Source of the DNA: a virus | Lineage: Duplodnaviria > Heunggongvirae > Uroviricota > Caudoviricetes | IMG/VR virus record: IMGVR_UViG_2671180357_000001 | Span: 1-30,616 of that record | Direction: 5' to 3' (one strand) | DNA: 30,616 nt | Shown: positions 1-10,651 of the stretch, in pieces | How positions within the stretch are numbered: the stretch's first letter is position 1 | Layout of the letters: each line of letters starts with the position of its first letter | Position numbers and translations under genes: made by a program | Notes under the pieces: model-generated | The model's input: the letters and a program-made list of their open reading frames with translations, nothing else | What the model was told of the DNA's origin: nothing | The model's database searches: none

Positions 1-338
1 TGATCTGGGTCGTACTTCAGCACATTAGGAAAATAGAACTGCTGCGCACCATATGCATCATAAACAGCCATAGAGTGGCCTTGCACAGTTACGAACTTGG
101 CAATCTGTCCGTTATATACCGGATATCCGGCAGCGTTAATGATGATTGGTTGTGAAACAGGAACGTGAGAACCATCCTCATTCTCCACATAAACCTGAAT
201 CTGGTTTTCAGGATTTACCGGGTCAGTGTCAATTTTTCCTATATAAATTTTGCCATTGGCAACCGCTTTAAAAGAACGAGCCATAGTGAAGAGTTGCGAA
301 GGCATGCTTACCACAACATTTGCGGTGATATCTGACAT
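1..338 (-). CDS. Tailspike protein, N-terminal head-binding domain (5' part only; gene continues beyond the window start)
   Basis: Minus-strand translation from ATG at 338 reads [61 protein letters not shown]..., matching the recalled P22 gp9 head-binding domain; GGAG 7 nt upstream. Not in the ORF track because it is open at the window edge. Confidence 0.8.
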   Translation of the reverse strand, partial: MSDITANVVVSMPSQLFTMARSFKAVANGKIYIGKIDTDPVNPENQIQVYVENEDGSHVPVSQPIIINAAGYPVYNGQIAKFVTVQGHSMAVYDAYGAQQFYFPNVLKYDPD

Positions 339-363
339 TTCATTGCTCCAGACGAATGATATG

Positions 364-386
364 ATGCAACCATGATGTGATTGCAT
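364..386. promoter_or_regulatory. Inverted repeat ATGCAA-N11-TTGCAT in the mnt/tailspike divergent intergenic region; candidate operator
   Basis: Perfect 6-bp inverted arms read in the sequence between two divergent starts; function inferred only. Confidence 0.25.
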
Positions 387-459
387 ACAGAAATGGTACT
401 ATTGAGTATTTATCCAGTAGGTTACGATGCCATTCCACCCAACTGGTGAGGCATCAAGG

Positions 460-720
460 ATGTACAGCAAATACGACGAGGCGCAGTTTCACTTGAGACT
501 TCCGCATGAACTCCACGCGAAAATTAAACAGCGTGCGAAGATGAATAACAGGTCGCTGAACTCAGAGATAATTGCAGCGATTGAAGAATCATTGACTAAA
601 CAAAGCTCTGCATCAGTTTACATTGACGATGCAGAGCGTATTGCAGACCAACAATCCGATATGGTAAAGAAAATTGTCTTTGATACGCTCAGAGATTTAT
701 ATAAAAAAGACTGCAACTAA
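460..720 (+). CDS. mnt: Mnt-like ribbon-helix-helix repressor
   Basis: ORF 427..720; from Met12 the product aligns with recalled P22 Mnt, especially the C-terminal DAERIADQQSDMVKKIVFDTLRDLYKK; GGTGAGG upstream of ATG 460. Confidence 0.75.
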   Translation: MYSKYDEAQFHLRLPHELHAKIKQRAKMNNRSLNSEIIAAIEESLTKQSSASVYIDDAERIADQQSDMVKKIVFDTLRDLYKKDCN

Positions 721-737
721 CCATCCGTGGCTTTCCG

Positions 738-2969
738 TTACTTCTGGTTATCATCACTGTTCATCCAGTACATGATGCCTAGCCTTGATATGGTTTTCTT
801 ATCTGATTCTGGAAGTGAGTTGTAAAACGGGCGCCAAGCAGAAGAGCGTCTTACAGTTGTATCAACGATGCTTTCTGGTGCTTGTTTTACTGCCAGCCTT
901 GCTGCTTTCTGGAATTCTGGTGAGCTAATTAGCTTTTCTGCAGATTCCATTGATGCAGCGCCGCCCATCGCCCTGATTTTGCTGGCGACTTTTGCCCCAA
1001 TTTCTGACCCAGCAACAGCACCTACTGCACTGAACGGTCCTGACACAGTTGAACCAACCGCAGTGCCAATGCGTTGGGAATGGTTAGCAACAAATTCATT
1101 TGCCGCAGTGACGCGATTAAACCGTTTGACGAACTCGTTTAGTCTTCCTGTAGTTATCTCGTAAGATTTTGCGTCTTTGATAGCCTTTGCGACCTTATAT
1201 ACATCGCTCAGACCTGACATAGTCTCTTTTGGTAAATGTCGGGCAAGATTGCGCATCTGCCCGTTTGCTAACATGTTTTGATACCAGTCAGCAAACCCTG
1301 CAGGATTAAAATCAGCGCCACGTTTTCCGTTCGAAAGCATATCCCGAAGACCTGTTCCCAGTAGCTCGGTTCTTAGCTTCCTGGACGGCGTGTTTTGCAT
1401 CAATTCACGAAATCCTTTGGCATCGCCTTTCGACATTGCCTGTAGTGCTGTAGTTGCTTTGCGAGAAACATCACCGTTCAGCGTTCTGCCAGTTAGATTA
1501 ATCATTTGCTCTTCCATGCTTTTTCGCATCTGAACAAGCCTCTGAGCAACTTCAAAATCACGTAATGCATTTGTCTCTGACAGCGCCGCCTTTTGATCAT
1601 CGGCGAGCGAACCGTAAAGCCTCGATAAAGCAGCGCGATCAGCATCTTTATATGGTCCAGAATTCTTATGAAGTGCATCACCAACAAGTCGTCGTTGCTT
1701 ATTGAGATTTGCATAAGTTAATGCGCCGTTCTTGCCTGGATTAACTGCCCGAAAGACTCTCTTTTCAATAGGGTCAAGGTTTTTCATCCCGCCAAGATCT
1801 TCTGCCACCTGTTTGAGCATTGACCTTGTTGATGGCGCATCAATTTTTGCACCTGCAGGCATCGCCTTTTCAACATTGCGATAAAGCTGGTCGCTTCGTT
1901 TCATCAGCGCAGACATTCTTCCATTGACCGTATCAATAAACTTGTCGCTCATACCAAGAGCATCTTTTGCACCGGAAACGCGATCAATTATCTCCCCCGC
2001 GCCCTGTGCTAGCTGCCTGATTGCTTCATTTTCCTGCACCTGTAGAGCAGAACCCGCACGGGACTTGATTGCTTGCTCAACTGCCTTGTATTGCTCGTTC
2101 CCGGAAAAGTGTGAAGGGAGTAATGAATCAACATTAAGCCTTTCAGCAGACTCCAGAACTTCAGCCTGAGGATTGATATCTAGTTCATCAAGTGATGAAG
2201 CGAGATTTGGCCTTTTTTGTGCTGCTACTGTGCGAACGACTTCCTCTGGGTTCCTCGTCGCAGGCGTCATTGGTACACCTTGTGCTACTCTTGCCTCTGC
2301 GGCATGAACCGCAGGATTTGTTGCTGCAGCGGCATCACCGGAGAATGGTGATGTTTCTGTTGGCGCAGTGGTCGCTCTCTGTGCAGATGTTTTATTGCCA
2401 CTAATTATATTTGATGCACCACGAACACCACGGGTAACGCCATTTATCAGGCCATGCGTAGCAATGTTAAGTCCGGCATTAATAGCGGCATTTTCGGCAA
2501 AATCACCCCGTTGATTCGCCGCGTCAGCGAGAGAACCAATGACCATGTTTCCAGCTACACCTGCTCCAGGAACAAGATAACCGCCTATTGACTCTCCAGC
2601 TTGCGCGTAGGGGTCTGTCGGTCTGTCTACTGGACGATAAACATCATCCAATACTTTTGGCCCCCCAAGCCCCTGACTGATTGCATTAATCAGACTTGCG
2701 CCACCCTGCAATACGTCAAATGGTATGTTTACCAGACCACGACCAGCCTGTTCTGCAATTTGCCCTGCACTTTGACCACCAGTGAGCCAATCGCCAGCTT
2801 GTTGCATCAATGATGGTTCTTCCCGTGTTGGTGCATTATTGGCCTGATTAACTGTTTGTTGCTGAACAGCCTGACCAGCAAAATACTCATCAATGGCGGT
2901 GCCAATATCTTCGGTGCTCGTACCATCAGGAAAGGTAAATGTCTTACCGTTTGCAGTTACTTTCATCAT
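738..2969 (-). CDS. Ejection/internal protein, P22 gp16-like
   Basis: Last gene of the gp7-gp20-gp16 order; N-terminus [15 protein letters not shown]; 743 aa with Ala/Gly-rich low-complexity stretches. Confidence 0.7.
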   Translation of the reverse strand: MMKVTANGKTFTFPDGTSTEDIGTAIDEYFAGQAVQQQTVNQANNAPTREEPSLMQQAGDWLTGGQSAGQIAEQAGRGLVNIPFDVLQGGASLINAISQGLGGPKVLDDVYRPVDRPTDPYAQAGESIGGYLVPGAGVAGNMVIGSLADAANQRGDFAENAAINAGLNIATHGLINGVTRGVRGASNIISGNKTSAQRATTAPTETSPFSGDAAAATNPAVHAAEARVAQGVPMTPATRNPEEVVRTVAAQKRPNLASSLDELDINPQAEVLESAERLNVDSLLPSHFSGNEQYKAVEQAIKSRAGSALQVQENEAIRQLAQGAGEIIDRVSGAKDALGMSDKFIDTVNGRMSALMKRSDQLYRNVEKAMPAGAKIDAPSTRSMLKQVAEDLGGMKNLDPIEKRVFRAVNPGKNGALTYANLNKQRRLVGDALHKNSGPYKDADRAALSRLYGSLADDQKAALSETNALRDFEVAQRLVQMRKSMEEQMINLTGRTLNGDVSRKATTALQAMSKGDAKGFRELMQNTPSRKLRTELLGTGLRDMLSNGKRGADFNPAGFADWYQNMLANGQMRNLARHLPKETMSGLSDVYKVAKAIKDAKSYEITTGRLNEFVKRFNRVTAANEFVANHSQRIGTAVGSTVSGPFSAVGAVAGSEIGAKVASKIRAMGGAASMESAEKLISSPEFQKAARLAVKQAPESIVDTTVRRSSAWRPFYNSLPESDKKTISRLGIMYWMNSDDNQK

Positions 2970-4432
2970 TCCACCGTAAATTGAATGCCTGATTTTGAGG
3001 TATATGATCCGGATTGACTCTGCTGCTGTTGGGTATTTGTCGGTTGTTGACTATTGCTCTGTTGTTGACTATTTGCAGCACTTGAAACCACCAAAGCATC
3101 ATAAACGCGACCAGACTGACCACGTAATGAGTTATATTGGCCCTGCATTTTTCGCATTTTTGTTTCAGTAGCAGCCTTGGAATCACCGGGCTGAGGCAGG
3201 TACATTTTGGAATACTCCTGCATCTCTGGCAGAGTAATTGCTGCACCTGTTTCTGGGCGCAAAATTGCATACAAGGCGTCTCTCGCATTTACCATATATT
3301 GCTGCTCCGCTGGTGATAGGCTTAAATTTGCAATAGTCCCATCACCAAGAGAGCGATTTATTAATGCAACTCGCTTAGGGTCAATGCTTTTACTAAGCTG
3401 ATTCATTGAGTCCATTGAATCTTTTAATCGCAAAGCAAATCCCGCCGCCTTCTTGGAACCCTCATTAGCCTTATCTATGATGCTTTGCGCTTGTGGCAAG
3501 CTAATTGGTTTAATGCCATCACCAGATATAGGTTGGTTTAGTTTTCCGGCTTCCTCGCTGCCATCGGTGTAATACTTAGTTACCGAGCCATCAGGATTGG
3601 TTTCAACCTTAAGTAATTTCTTAGCATTGGGATTAATTCCCGCCGCTGCCGCAAATGCCGCTGCACCATCTGGATCTACCTTTAACATTTGCGCGTACTG
3701 ATTGTAATTCTGCATTGCGGCTGTTGGTGCATATGCTGACGTTAACGCATTTGCTCGGCTAATATCCTGCCCTCTCGCCTGAAGTGCTTCACCAGCCTGA
3801 TTGCTGCGGATTGTCTCTGCCAGTCTGCCTCGGTCAATCTCACGACCAGCCATCTTGTCCTGAACATTGAAGTAATCAATCGGACCAAGAGCAGCCATCC
3901 CAAGGTGATCAACAAACTCACCAAATCCTGAAGGATTCTGCTGATACATCTGAGCAACGCTGTTAGGGTCAACACCGACGCGAGTCAGTTCCTTGGCGTT
4001 GTTTTGCAGCCATGATTGCATTGCTTCTGGAGACGATGACGCAAGGCGTGCGCCAGCCGCTAAGGTGCCGATAGAATTGCGCTGGTCTTCATCAATGAAT
4101 CCCATGCCTTTGCGAACAGATTCAATCTGGTCTGGATATTGAGTAGCCAACTGACGCAAAGCACCGCGATCACCAGACGCATAAGCATTAGCGTATGCCT
4201 GCTGAAATTCTTTCTGCCGCTGAGCCTGCTTTTCCTGCTTAAACACACCCGCAATACCTGAAAGGCCTTGCAAAGCAGTCAGCCCAACATTGTTAGCGCC
4301 TGAACGCTCAATATCATTGTTCTGCCTGATAAGCTGAAGCGTATTGCCGATGTCATTTACGCTAGGAGCGTTTGAGTTGACGCCACCGATACCAGCCAAC
4401 AATCCGCCATTTGTTCCTTTCCAAGTAGCCAT
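2966..4432 (-). CDS. Ejection protein, P22 gp20-like
   Basis: Position between gp7-like and gp16-like genes; 488 aa, Gln/Ala-rich; stop overlaps the next start. Confidence 0.7.
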   Translation of the reverse strand: MATWKGTNGGLLAGIGGVNSNAPSVNDIGNTLQLIRQNNDIERSGANNVGLTALQGLSGIAGVFKQEKQAQRQKEFQQAYANAYASGDRGALRQLATQYPDQIESVRKGMGFIDEDQRNSIGTLAAGARLASSSPEAMQSWLQNNAKELTRVGVDPNSVAQMYQQNPSGFGEFVDHLGMAALGPIDYFNVQDKMAGREIDRGRLAETIRSNQAGEALQARGQDISRANALTSAYAPTAAMQNYNQYAQMLKVDPDGAAAFAAAAGINPNAKKLLKVETNPDGSVTKYYTDGSEEAGKLNQPISGDGIKPISLPQAQSIIDKANEGSKKAAGFALRLKDSMDSMNQLSKSIDPKRVALINRSLGDGTIANLSLSPAEQQYMVNARDALYAILRPETGAAITLPEMQEYSKMYLPQPGDSKAATETKMRKMQGQYNSLRGQSGRVYDALVVSSAANSQQQSNSQQPTNTQQQQSQSGSYTSKSGIQFTVE

Positions 4433-4441
4433 GATTACCCC

Positions 4442-5137
4442 TTAAAACAACGATCCAAGCAGGCCAAGTCCGCCGCCAATTGCCGCACCTAATCCAGTGC
4501 CAAGTCCGGGAACAATAGAGCCAAGAGCAGCGCCAGTCATAGCCCCTGAAGCTCCACCGCTAATTGCTGTCTGAAGGCCTGATGGTTTATTGGCGTTAGC
4601 AGCGGCAAGTGCTGCGCTTTGCTGCGCAATGCTGCTCATGTTGTTGGCGTATGTCTGCCCGGCGTTCGCCTGACCTTGCAGCGCACCAAGGCCAATGTTT
4701 GCCATATTGTTGTAGTTGCTCATCTGGTTCGACAACCACGACTGACCGAGAGTCGGGGCAATCGTGGCCAGTTGATTGCTTGTAGCTGTCGAACCAAGTC
4801 CGCCAGTCGCCTCCGCAGCAGCAAGACTCTGGTAACGAGCCTGACCTGCAAGGTCTTTATACTGCTGAGAATTGTAATACTGATTAAGTGCCTGCCCCTG
4901 ACCTTCTAAACTGGAAAGATTCTGAAGCTGGTTAACATACTGCTCCGCAAGCGGCGTGAACGGAGCAAGGTTTTTCATGATCGTCTGCCACTGCTGATTT
5001 TGCAGGTCTGCGGCATACTTCTGGGCTTCTGCTGCATACTTTGCGCTTTTATCAGAGCTACCACCTTTCCCGCCTTTTTCAGGACACCAAGGTTCCTCGC
5101 CGCGCAGTTTTCTGCCCAGCTTAAATGCATATAACAT
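4442..5137 (-). CDS. Ejection protein, P22 gp7-like
   Basis: 231 aa, N-terminus MLYAFKLGRKLRGEEP and Gly-rich C-terminus; position after gp14-like gene. Confidence 0.7.
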   Translation of the reverse strand: MLYAFKLGRKLRGEEPWCPEKGGKGGSSDKSAKYAAEAQKYAADLQNQQWQTIMKNLAPFTPLAEQYVNQLQNLSSLEGQGQALNQYYNSQQYKDLAGQARYQSLAAAEATGGLGSTATSNQLATIAPTLGQSWLSNQMSNYNNMANIGLGALQGQANAGQTYANNMSSIAQQSAALAAANANKPSGLQTAISGGASGAMTGAALGSIVPGLGTGLGAAIGGGLGLLGSLF

Positions 5138-5139
5138 GG

Positions 5140-5595
5140 CTATCTCCCGTGATTCAGGAAGTCGATTAGTTCTTCGCGTGTGGCGCTGTAAAAAGTCACG
5201 TCATCCACGCCTTTAAAGTATTTCTTGATGGTTCCGACACGCTTAAGGCCAATCATTGCGCAGTAAATCTGCCCGTGGCGGAATTTGCGTGCGGCGAACG
5301 ATGTGACGCACTGAACGGTGGTGTTAGTCAGAATGTATCGCCAGAACGCCAGCCCGATTTCCTTGCTGAAGCCGCGAATCTCTGGCAGGTACATGGCGTG
5401 GCAATCGAATGTCAGCGGCTGAATCTCCTGATAGTAAACAATGCCGCCGAACTGCCCGTGCACGTTCACCTCAAAGTAACGGCAATCAGGTTTGTAGTCG
5501 TATCCATCACCGTTGTTGCTCCCGGCGATAATGTCAGGGTGATTTCCTACTGCTTCTATCAGGTCGATGTTTCGCGTTGGTTTGAATGTAATCAT
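5140..5595 (-). CDS. Virion assembly protein, P22 gp14-like
   Basis: 151-aa ORF directly after the tail-needle gene, same position as P22 gene 14. Confidence 0.55.
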   Translation of the reverse strand: MITFKPTRNIDLIEAVGNHPDIIAGSNNGDGYDYKPDCRYFEVNVHGQFGGIVYYQEIQPLTFDCHAMYLPEIRGFSKEIGLAFWRYILTNTTVQCVTSFAARKFRHGQIYCAMIGLKRVGTIKKYFKGVDDVTFYSATREELIDFLNHGR

Positions 5596-6296
5596 CAGTC
5601 AATCAACCCATGAGTCCGTAATGCATCTTCCAGAGCTTTGATACGCTGCCGCGCCTGCTGCAATCCTGTAGCCATAGCCGACACCTCAGACCGTGTGTAT
5701 GTGGCACTTACCGTGTATGTCTGGTTAGCGTTGAATGAGCCGCGAAGATCCGTACCTGTAGCCGCTGTCCACCCTGTCTGACGAGCACCAATAACCTTGG
5801 TGCCGCCGACCGAATAGGATGTTGTTACATTGAGGGGAGATGCCAGCGATTGTGTTGCAGTGGCTGTTTTCGATACATAGTCGTCCTGTAATGCAGAAAT
5901 GTTGCTCTCAGCAGTCGTAACCCGGCCATCAAGAGCGCTGACGTCAGCCTGTAAGGTGACTATTTCTCCTTCAGCCGTGGTTAGTCTGACATCCAGCGCT
6001 GCAATTGCCGCAGTATTCGCAGCAATACGGATTTCATGGTCATCTACTTCAATGCGGAGCTGACGAATTCTTTCTTCGTGATCGACCAGAATCACATCCT
6101 GCTCATCGTTCCTGACTTGTGCGTCATAAGCGCCCTGTCCGGCCTCGTTGGCCTTGTTAGCCACGTTACCAACATCAGTGCCCTGTGCGATAACGTAAAG
6201 CAGATACGACTGCGAGAAGATATTGCGTGGAAGGACTGATGTGTCGAGCCGTGTAGCCTGAATGATTACCGGCACATTGAGATTCGAATCAGCCAT
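5595..6296 (-). CDS. Tail needle protein, P22 gp26-like
   Basis: 233 aa; N-terminus [43 protein letters not shown] and C-terminal ALRTHGLID match recalled P22 gp26; heptad coiled-coil core. Confidence 0.85.
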   Translation of the reverse strand: MADSNLNVPVIIQATRLDTSVLPRNIFSQSYLLYVIAQGTDVGNVANKANEAGQGAYDAQVRNDEQDVILVDHEERIRQLRIEVDDHEIRIAANTAAIAALDVRLTTAEGEIVTLQADVSALDGRVTTAESNISALQDDYVSKTATATQSLASPLNVTTSYSVGGTKVIGARQTGWTAATGTDLRGSFNANQTYTVSATYTRSEVSAMATGLQQARQRIKALEDALRTHGLID

Positions 6297-7714
6297 TACT
6301 CAATCCTTATCTGGCAGCCTGACAGAGTGACAGGTGACTTCGTGATAACGCGCAATTTGAAACCGACATTTTTCCTGATGCGCCCTACTCGCTTCCACAA
6401 AACGCGTTTGTCGTAAACGAACGGTTCATTCTGCTCAATCATCTGCTCACGTCCGTAATTGATGCCGTCAGTGGTTGCAGAGAGGAACAGGCGGTCGGCG
6501 TACTGCGCAACGCCAGTTGACGATTCAACCTCAAGATCAAAGCATCTGGCATTATCTGCTTTGAACAACGGAGTAAACAGCAGGTGTTCCTGTTGAAGAC
6601 CATACTGGCTGCTGATGTCGAATTGCAATTTCCCGGTCACGGGTTCCAGTTTATCGCCGCACGTTATCTGATTGCCTTCGTAAATGAAGTCGATAGCGCG
6701 GTACACATCGTCATACAGGCCTGTTTTCAGCACACACCATTGCGGACCATTGGCGCTTGAAGATGCGTCGTACACGAGAACATGGCGCGGAAGGTGGATA
6801 ATCAGCAATTCATGAGCATCAAACCGCAACGATTCCATCACGCCATCAGCCAGTTCATCAGCAGTGTAGGAGCGTAGTATTTTCTCAATGCTCGCGCTGG
6901 CGATTGGTGATACCTGACCGGAACCGATGATGTACACAGACGGCGCACCTGTTGCCGGATTGCTGATGAACGCATAAGAATCAGCAAACGGCGTTTTGCA
7001 GTAAGTTCCGGCGATGCCTTTTTGCACCATCAGCGATGGCTGTGCGACATATAAAGCGGCACCAACAGTGGTTGCGCCAGTCAGGGAGAAATATTCAATC
7101 GTCGATGAACCAAAGCAGACGATGAAGTCTCGCCATGTACCTATGCCGATGATTCCGTCAGGCTGAGACTCGGCACGATATTGTGCACTGTAGCGGTCAG
7201 GATGCGATTCGTCTTCAAGGTCAGTGATAAACCATGAATCAGTGCCGTCTTTTGACCACGCATAACGCCCACGTAAGCGCGTAATGTCGCGGACTGAGCC
7301 TAACTCATACTGCGTGAATCCGCTGTCTGTAGGCCAGTTTGAGACGGTTTTAACCGTGCCATCATAGCGATACTCGACCAGTTGACCGTTAACGCCTACC
7401 GCCTGTGATGTCCGACCATGCGCCATTGATACGCGACCACTTCCGGCAACGTCACCGACTTCACTTTCTCCTTTGTACAGCTTGCCACCACACACACGAT
7501 AAACAGCATTCTGCGCCATGTTGTACTCGACGCCGCGAGATACACCGTTCACATCAGAGCGTTTGGCAATGCCCGGGAATGAACGAAGATATCCGCTGCT
7601 GTTGAGTATTTCTTTGGGTGTAGCCAACATATTCACTGGCAGATAGTCGATATAGTCAGCGTTTCTAAAGTCTTTGCCGACACCTTTCATAAGCGGAAGT
7701 TGCTGAATCGGCAT
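6296..7714 (-). CDS. Tail hub protein, P22 gp10-like
   Basis: 472 aa (same length as recalled P22 gp10), between gp4-like and gp26-like genes. Confidence 0.75.
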   Translation of the reverse strand: MPIQQLPLMKGVGKDFRNADYIDYLPVNMLATPKEILNSSGYLRSFPGIAKRSDVNGVSRGVEYNMAQNAVYRVCGGKLYKGESEVGDVAGSGRVSMAHGRTSQAVGVNGQLVEYRYDGTVKTVSNWPTDSGFTQYELGSVRDITRLRGRYAWSKDGTDSWFITDLEDESHPDRYSAQYRAESQPDGIIGIGTWRDFIVCFGSSTIEYFSLTGATTVGAALYVAQPSLMVQKGIAGTYCKTPFADSYAFISNPATGAPSVYIIGSGQVSPIASASIEKILRSYTADELADGVMESLRFDAHELLIIHLPRHVLVYDASSSANGPQWCVLKTGLYDDVYRAIDFIYEGNQITCGDKLEPVTGKLQFDISSQYGLQQEHLLFTPLFKADNARCFDLEVESSTGVAQYADRLFLSATTDGINYGREQMIEQNEPFVYDKRVLWKRVGRIRKNVGFKLRVITKSPVTLSGCQIRIE

Positions 7715-7723
7715 TTATTCACC

Positions 7724-8185
7724 TCACGTACTCGGATCATCTTTCTCGATGTAAAACCGATTCCACGTAAACGCGCTTTTGTTACCACTACCGCGAGGCA
7801 TGTCATTTCGCCGCTCAAGTGGTGGTATTTTGGTTAAAGCGATGCAGATTGTCTGATATGCACTGTCGGCAGCGGTAAGGAGAGCGTCTGACGGCTGAAT
7901 GACGTTATCCATGCACACTTGCACAGCGAGTTTCAAAGCGACGCCATCATTTGCCCATGCAGGGATGCCTGAATCATCGTCAGGTAACGGCATGATGCCG
8001 TTTTCTGTATCAGCAAACTGATACCCAAGCTCGATACCTTTCGCCTGCCATGCTGCCATCATGTCTTCGAGGTCATTAATGGCATCTTCAATTGCCTGAG
8101 GGTCAGCATCTGTCAACGTGGCATTGGAATACAGCCCGGCTTTTCGTAAAGCCTTAAGAACGAGATCACCCTTCGTTTTCGCCAT
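7724..8185 (-). CDS. Tail accessory/head-completion protein, P22 gp4-like
   Basis: N-terminus MAKTKGDLVLKALRKAGL resembles recalled P22 gp4; position after coat gene. Confidence 0.7.
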   Translation of the reverse strand: MAKTKGDLVLKALRKAGLYSNATLTDADPQAIEDAINDLEDMMAAWQAKGIELGYQFADTENGIMPLPDDDSGIPAWANDGVALKLAVQVCMDNVIQPSDALLTAADSAYQTICIALTKIPPLERRNDMPRGSGNKSAFTWNRFYIEKDDPST

Positions 8186-8354
8186 CTTCTTCCGCCTTAG
8201 CCACTTTTTGCTTCGTTGCGGTTTCTTCAGGAGTTTTTACCCAACCTTTTTTCAGGTGAGATTTAACTTCTTCGTCATCAACAATGACGTAATCGACAGC
8301 AAACTGACCACAGGTGATCATGTTGCCAGGCTTATAGAGCATTGTTCGTGCCAT
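8166..8354 (-). CDS. Small hypothetical protein (62 aa) between coat and gp4-like genes
   Basis: ORF 8166..8393 trimmed to Met14 (MARTMLYKPGN...); GGGAGA 5 nt upstream; sits just downstream of the coat terminator. Acidic C-terminus. Confidence 0.45.
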   Translation of the reverse strand: MARTMLYKPGNMITCGQFAVDYVIVDDEEVKSHLKKGWVKTPEETATKQKVAKAEEDGENEG

Positions 8355-8365
8355 TGTCTTCTCCC

Positions 8366-8391
8366 AATAAAAATGGGGCCGAAGCCCCACC
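8366..8391 (-). terminator. Rho-independent terminator immediately after the coat gene
   Basis: Minus-strand GGGGC-UUCG-GCCCC hairpin followed by AUUUUUAUU, read directly from the sequence. Confidence 0.6.
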
Positions 8392-8395
8392 AAAA

Positions 8396-9649
8396 TTACT
8401 GCCCGGCAATAACGATGCCCGTATATTCAGGAACAAGTACAGAGCAACCGTACAGAGTGGTGAAACGAGCAGTGGTTACGCCTTTGATGTGGTCGAAGGC
8501 GTAAGACATGATCAGCGTAGCGCCCTGCTCGGTGGTTGCTGTCATTACCTGTGGACCCTGACCAGTTGGGAACGCCAGCTTGCCGTACATCAGTTCAACA
8601 GAACCATCAGCCCAGAACAGGTTAGCCGGTGCGGCATTTTTGTTGAGAATGGTGATTGCTGCGCTACTTGCCGCATTAGCATCAACGTTTGCATATGGTC
8701 GGCTGGCGACATCCGCGTTGTCAGGCGGCAGAATTTTCGGGGAGATAGTTACTGTCGTTCCGCTTACTGCCAGAACGCGGAATACCTGCGGCTGCCCGGT
8801 GGTATCTTTGGTGATCTGGTGTACAGAATTCACCCCTGCGATGGTAAACGCATCGCCAACCTGCAAACCTTCAGCAGATACCGTAATGGTCCCCTGCCGG
8901 TTATCCACTGGCATATCGTTAGCATCTTTCGCTTCAACCTTGTGCGCAGGTGCTGCTGCCAGCGTAATGGAAGTTGCTGTACCCTTCGGAACACGACCAG
9001 AAATATCGGTCTTGTAGCTATCGAAGGACGCAACCGGAGGGATCTGCGCTTTTTCGTATGCTGTCAGGGTTGCGCCCTGAGCATAGGCACGGTGACCAAG
9101 CTCGCCAGCAAGGTCTTTATAGTTGAATGGGTTCCAGAAAGAGCGGCGGTTGATACCCTGTGGTACACCAATCGCCGTCATGGTGGCATCAATACCTGCC
9201 GCACAGTTCCACAAATCACGGCCCTGTGAACCAGTGTTTGAGTCAGCCATTGTTATCACGTTAGTAGCACGCTGCGTGACCATGGAAATCAGGTCAGAGT
9301 CAATCTGTGCAGCAAGGCGCATACCTGCGGCGCGACCAGCTTCAGTTTTATGTTCCGGGTCACGCATTTCACGCGCATCCAGAGTGTACAGAATGTTTTT
9401 CGGCTCCTTGAACACTGAAGGAACAAGGCGCTGAACCAGTGCTGTTGGCGTTTTGCTGCTGAGATCGAGTCCTTCCTCAATGTTCATGTGGTAATGCTGC
9501 GGACGATACAGAACATCACCTGCTCGCTGCATTGCTGTATCACCGGGACGGAATTTTTTAGCGTTACGGGAAACTACGCAGGCGGCCTCAAAGCCTTCAA
9601 CGTAGTTTTCGAACATGATTTCAAGGTCTTTTGCTAATTGGTTAGCCAT
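8396..9649 (-). CDS. Major capsid (coat) protein, P22 gp5-like
   Basis: 417 aa after the scaffold gene; motifs such as NLFWADGSVEL resemble recalled P22-family coat proteins. Confidence 0.8.
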   Translation of the reverse strand: MANQLAKDLEIMFENYVEGFEAACVVSRNAKKFRPGDTAMQRAGDVLYRPQHYHMNIEEGLDLSSKTPTALVQRLVPSVFKEPKNILYTLDAREMRDPEHKTEAGRAAGMRLAAQIDSDLISMVTQRATNVITMADSNTGSQGRDLWNCAAGIDATMTAIGVPQGINRRSFWNPFNYKDLAGELGHRAYAQGATLTAYEKAQIPPVASFDSYKTDISGRVPKGTATSITLAAAPAHKVEAKDANDMPVDNRQGTITVSAEGLQVGDAFTIAGVNSVHQITKDTTGQPQVFRVLAVSGTTVTISPKILPPDNADVASRPYANVDANAASSAAITILNKNAAPANLFWADGSVELMYGKLAFPTGQGPQVMTATTEQGATLIMSYAFDHIKGVTTARFTTLYGCSVLVPEYTGIVIAGQ

Positions 9650-9667
9650 GCTTAATGCTCCGATAGG

Positions 9668-10561
9668 TTATTTTTTTGCCTTTTTAGCGGCGAAATACGG
9701 CGTCCAGTCACCAGTTTCCAGCGCCTTGGCTTTCAATTTGTCGAGGTTGTTGATTACTGCGCCGTTGCTCCCCTTAACTGTCGGGGTTGTGGCTGCCGTG
9801 GTTTTTGCTTTTGGCATGATTCTGGCCTTCGATTCGATACGTTCCAGCAGACGACCAATTGCTACGGGGTTGGTAGCTTCTGCCAGTTGCTTGCGCAGTT
9901 CAGCGTTGCGACCGAGTGCCAGAACAACGATTTCCGGCTTCTCTGACTCAAACAGGATCGCGTTTTGTGTCTCGATGGGAATTTCCTCGAGTACGGCCTG
10001 CTCAGCTTCCTGATAGCCAGGAACTTTGAGAGCCTTAACACGTTGCTGATATTTGGATAATCGCTCTTGATAGGCAGCCTGAAGCTCCTGCTCCTTCTGC
10101 TTGCGAGCCATCTCCTGTTGCTGGTACTTGCCGTTATCCTCTGCCCACTTAGCCATGCGTTGCTGGTAGATTTCTTCATCGAAACCGATGTCCTCATCAT
10201 CCAGTTTTGGCATTCGCGGTGGTTGAGTGATTACCGGCTGCTGCTCGACGGGTTTCTGAGACTGACGCATCAGCTCTTTCAGCTCGCGGTCTTTCTCTTT
10301 AATCGTCTTGCGCAGGTGTTTTACCAGTCCATGCTCTGTGCCATCTTCGCTGGTTGGCGAATCCAGCTTTTCGTCACCAAAGTAGAATTCCTGTTCTGAT
10401 TCGTCGTCATCAGTTTCAGTAGCTTCCTCTGCATCATTGCCGGAGGACTCACTGCCATCTTCTGTTTCGACTTCTTCAGCCAGTTCGACATCATCAGGAA
10501 TCTGCTCTGACGCGTCGGTTTCGATTTCAACTTCTGGTGTGTTTTCTGCCATCTGGTCCAT
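9668..10561 (-). CDS. Scaffolding protein, P22 gp8-like
   Basis: 297 aa, highly acidic N-terminus and predicted helical charged body; between portal and coat genes. Confidence 0.65.
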   Translation of the reverse strand: MDQMAENTPEVEIETDASEQIPDDVELAEEVETEDGSESSGNDAEEATETDDDESEQEFYFGDEKLDSPTSEDGTEHGLVKHLRKTIKEKDRELKELMRQSQKPVEQQPVITQPPRMPKLDDEDIGFDEEIYQQRMAKWAEDNGKYQQQEMARKQKEQELQAAYQERLSKYQQRVKALKVPGYQEAEQAVLEEIPIETQNAILFESEKPEIVVLALGRNAELRKQLAEATNPVAIGRLLERIESKARIMPKAKTTAATTPTVKGSNGAVINNLDKLKAKALETGDWTPYFAAKKAKK

Positions 10562-10651
10562 TTGTTACCCCTGTTTACTCGATGTTCAGCCCATCGGAAG
10601 GCAATAGGGTGCCAGGCCTCATAAAGACAGCCATTGCACGTTATGGGTTAA

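Noticed and set aside
2944-3288. 114-aa minus-strand ORF
   Set aside because: Overlaps the gp20-like and gp16-like genes in an alternative frame; no independent support.
8342-9229. 295-aa plus-strand ORF
   Set aside because: Lies entirely antisense to the well-supported coat gene; Cys/Arg-rich composition typical of antisense frames; no RBS context.
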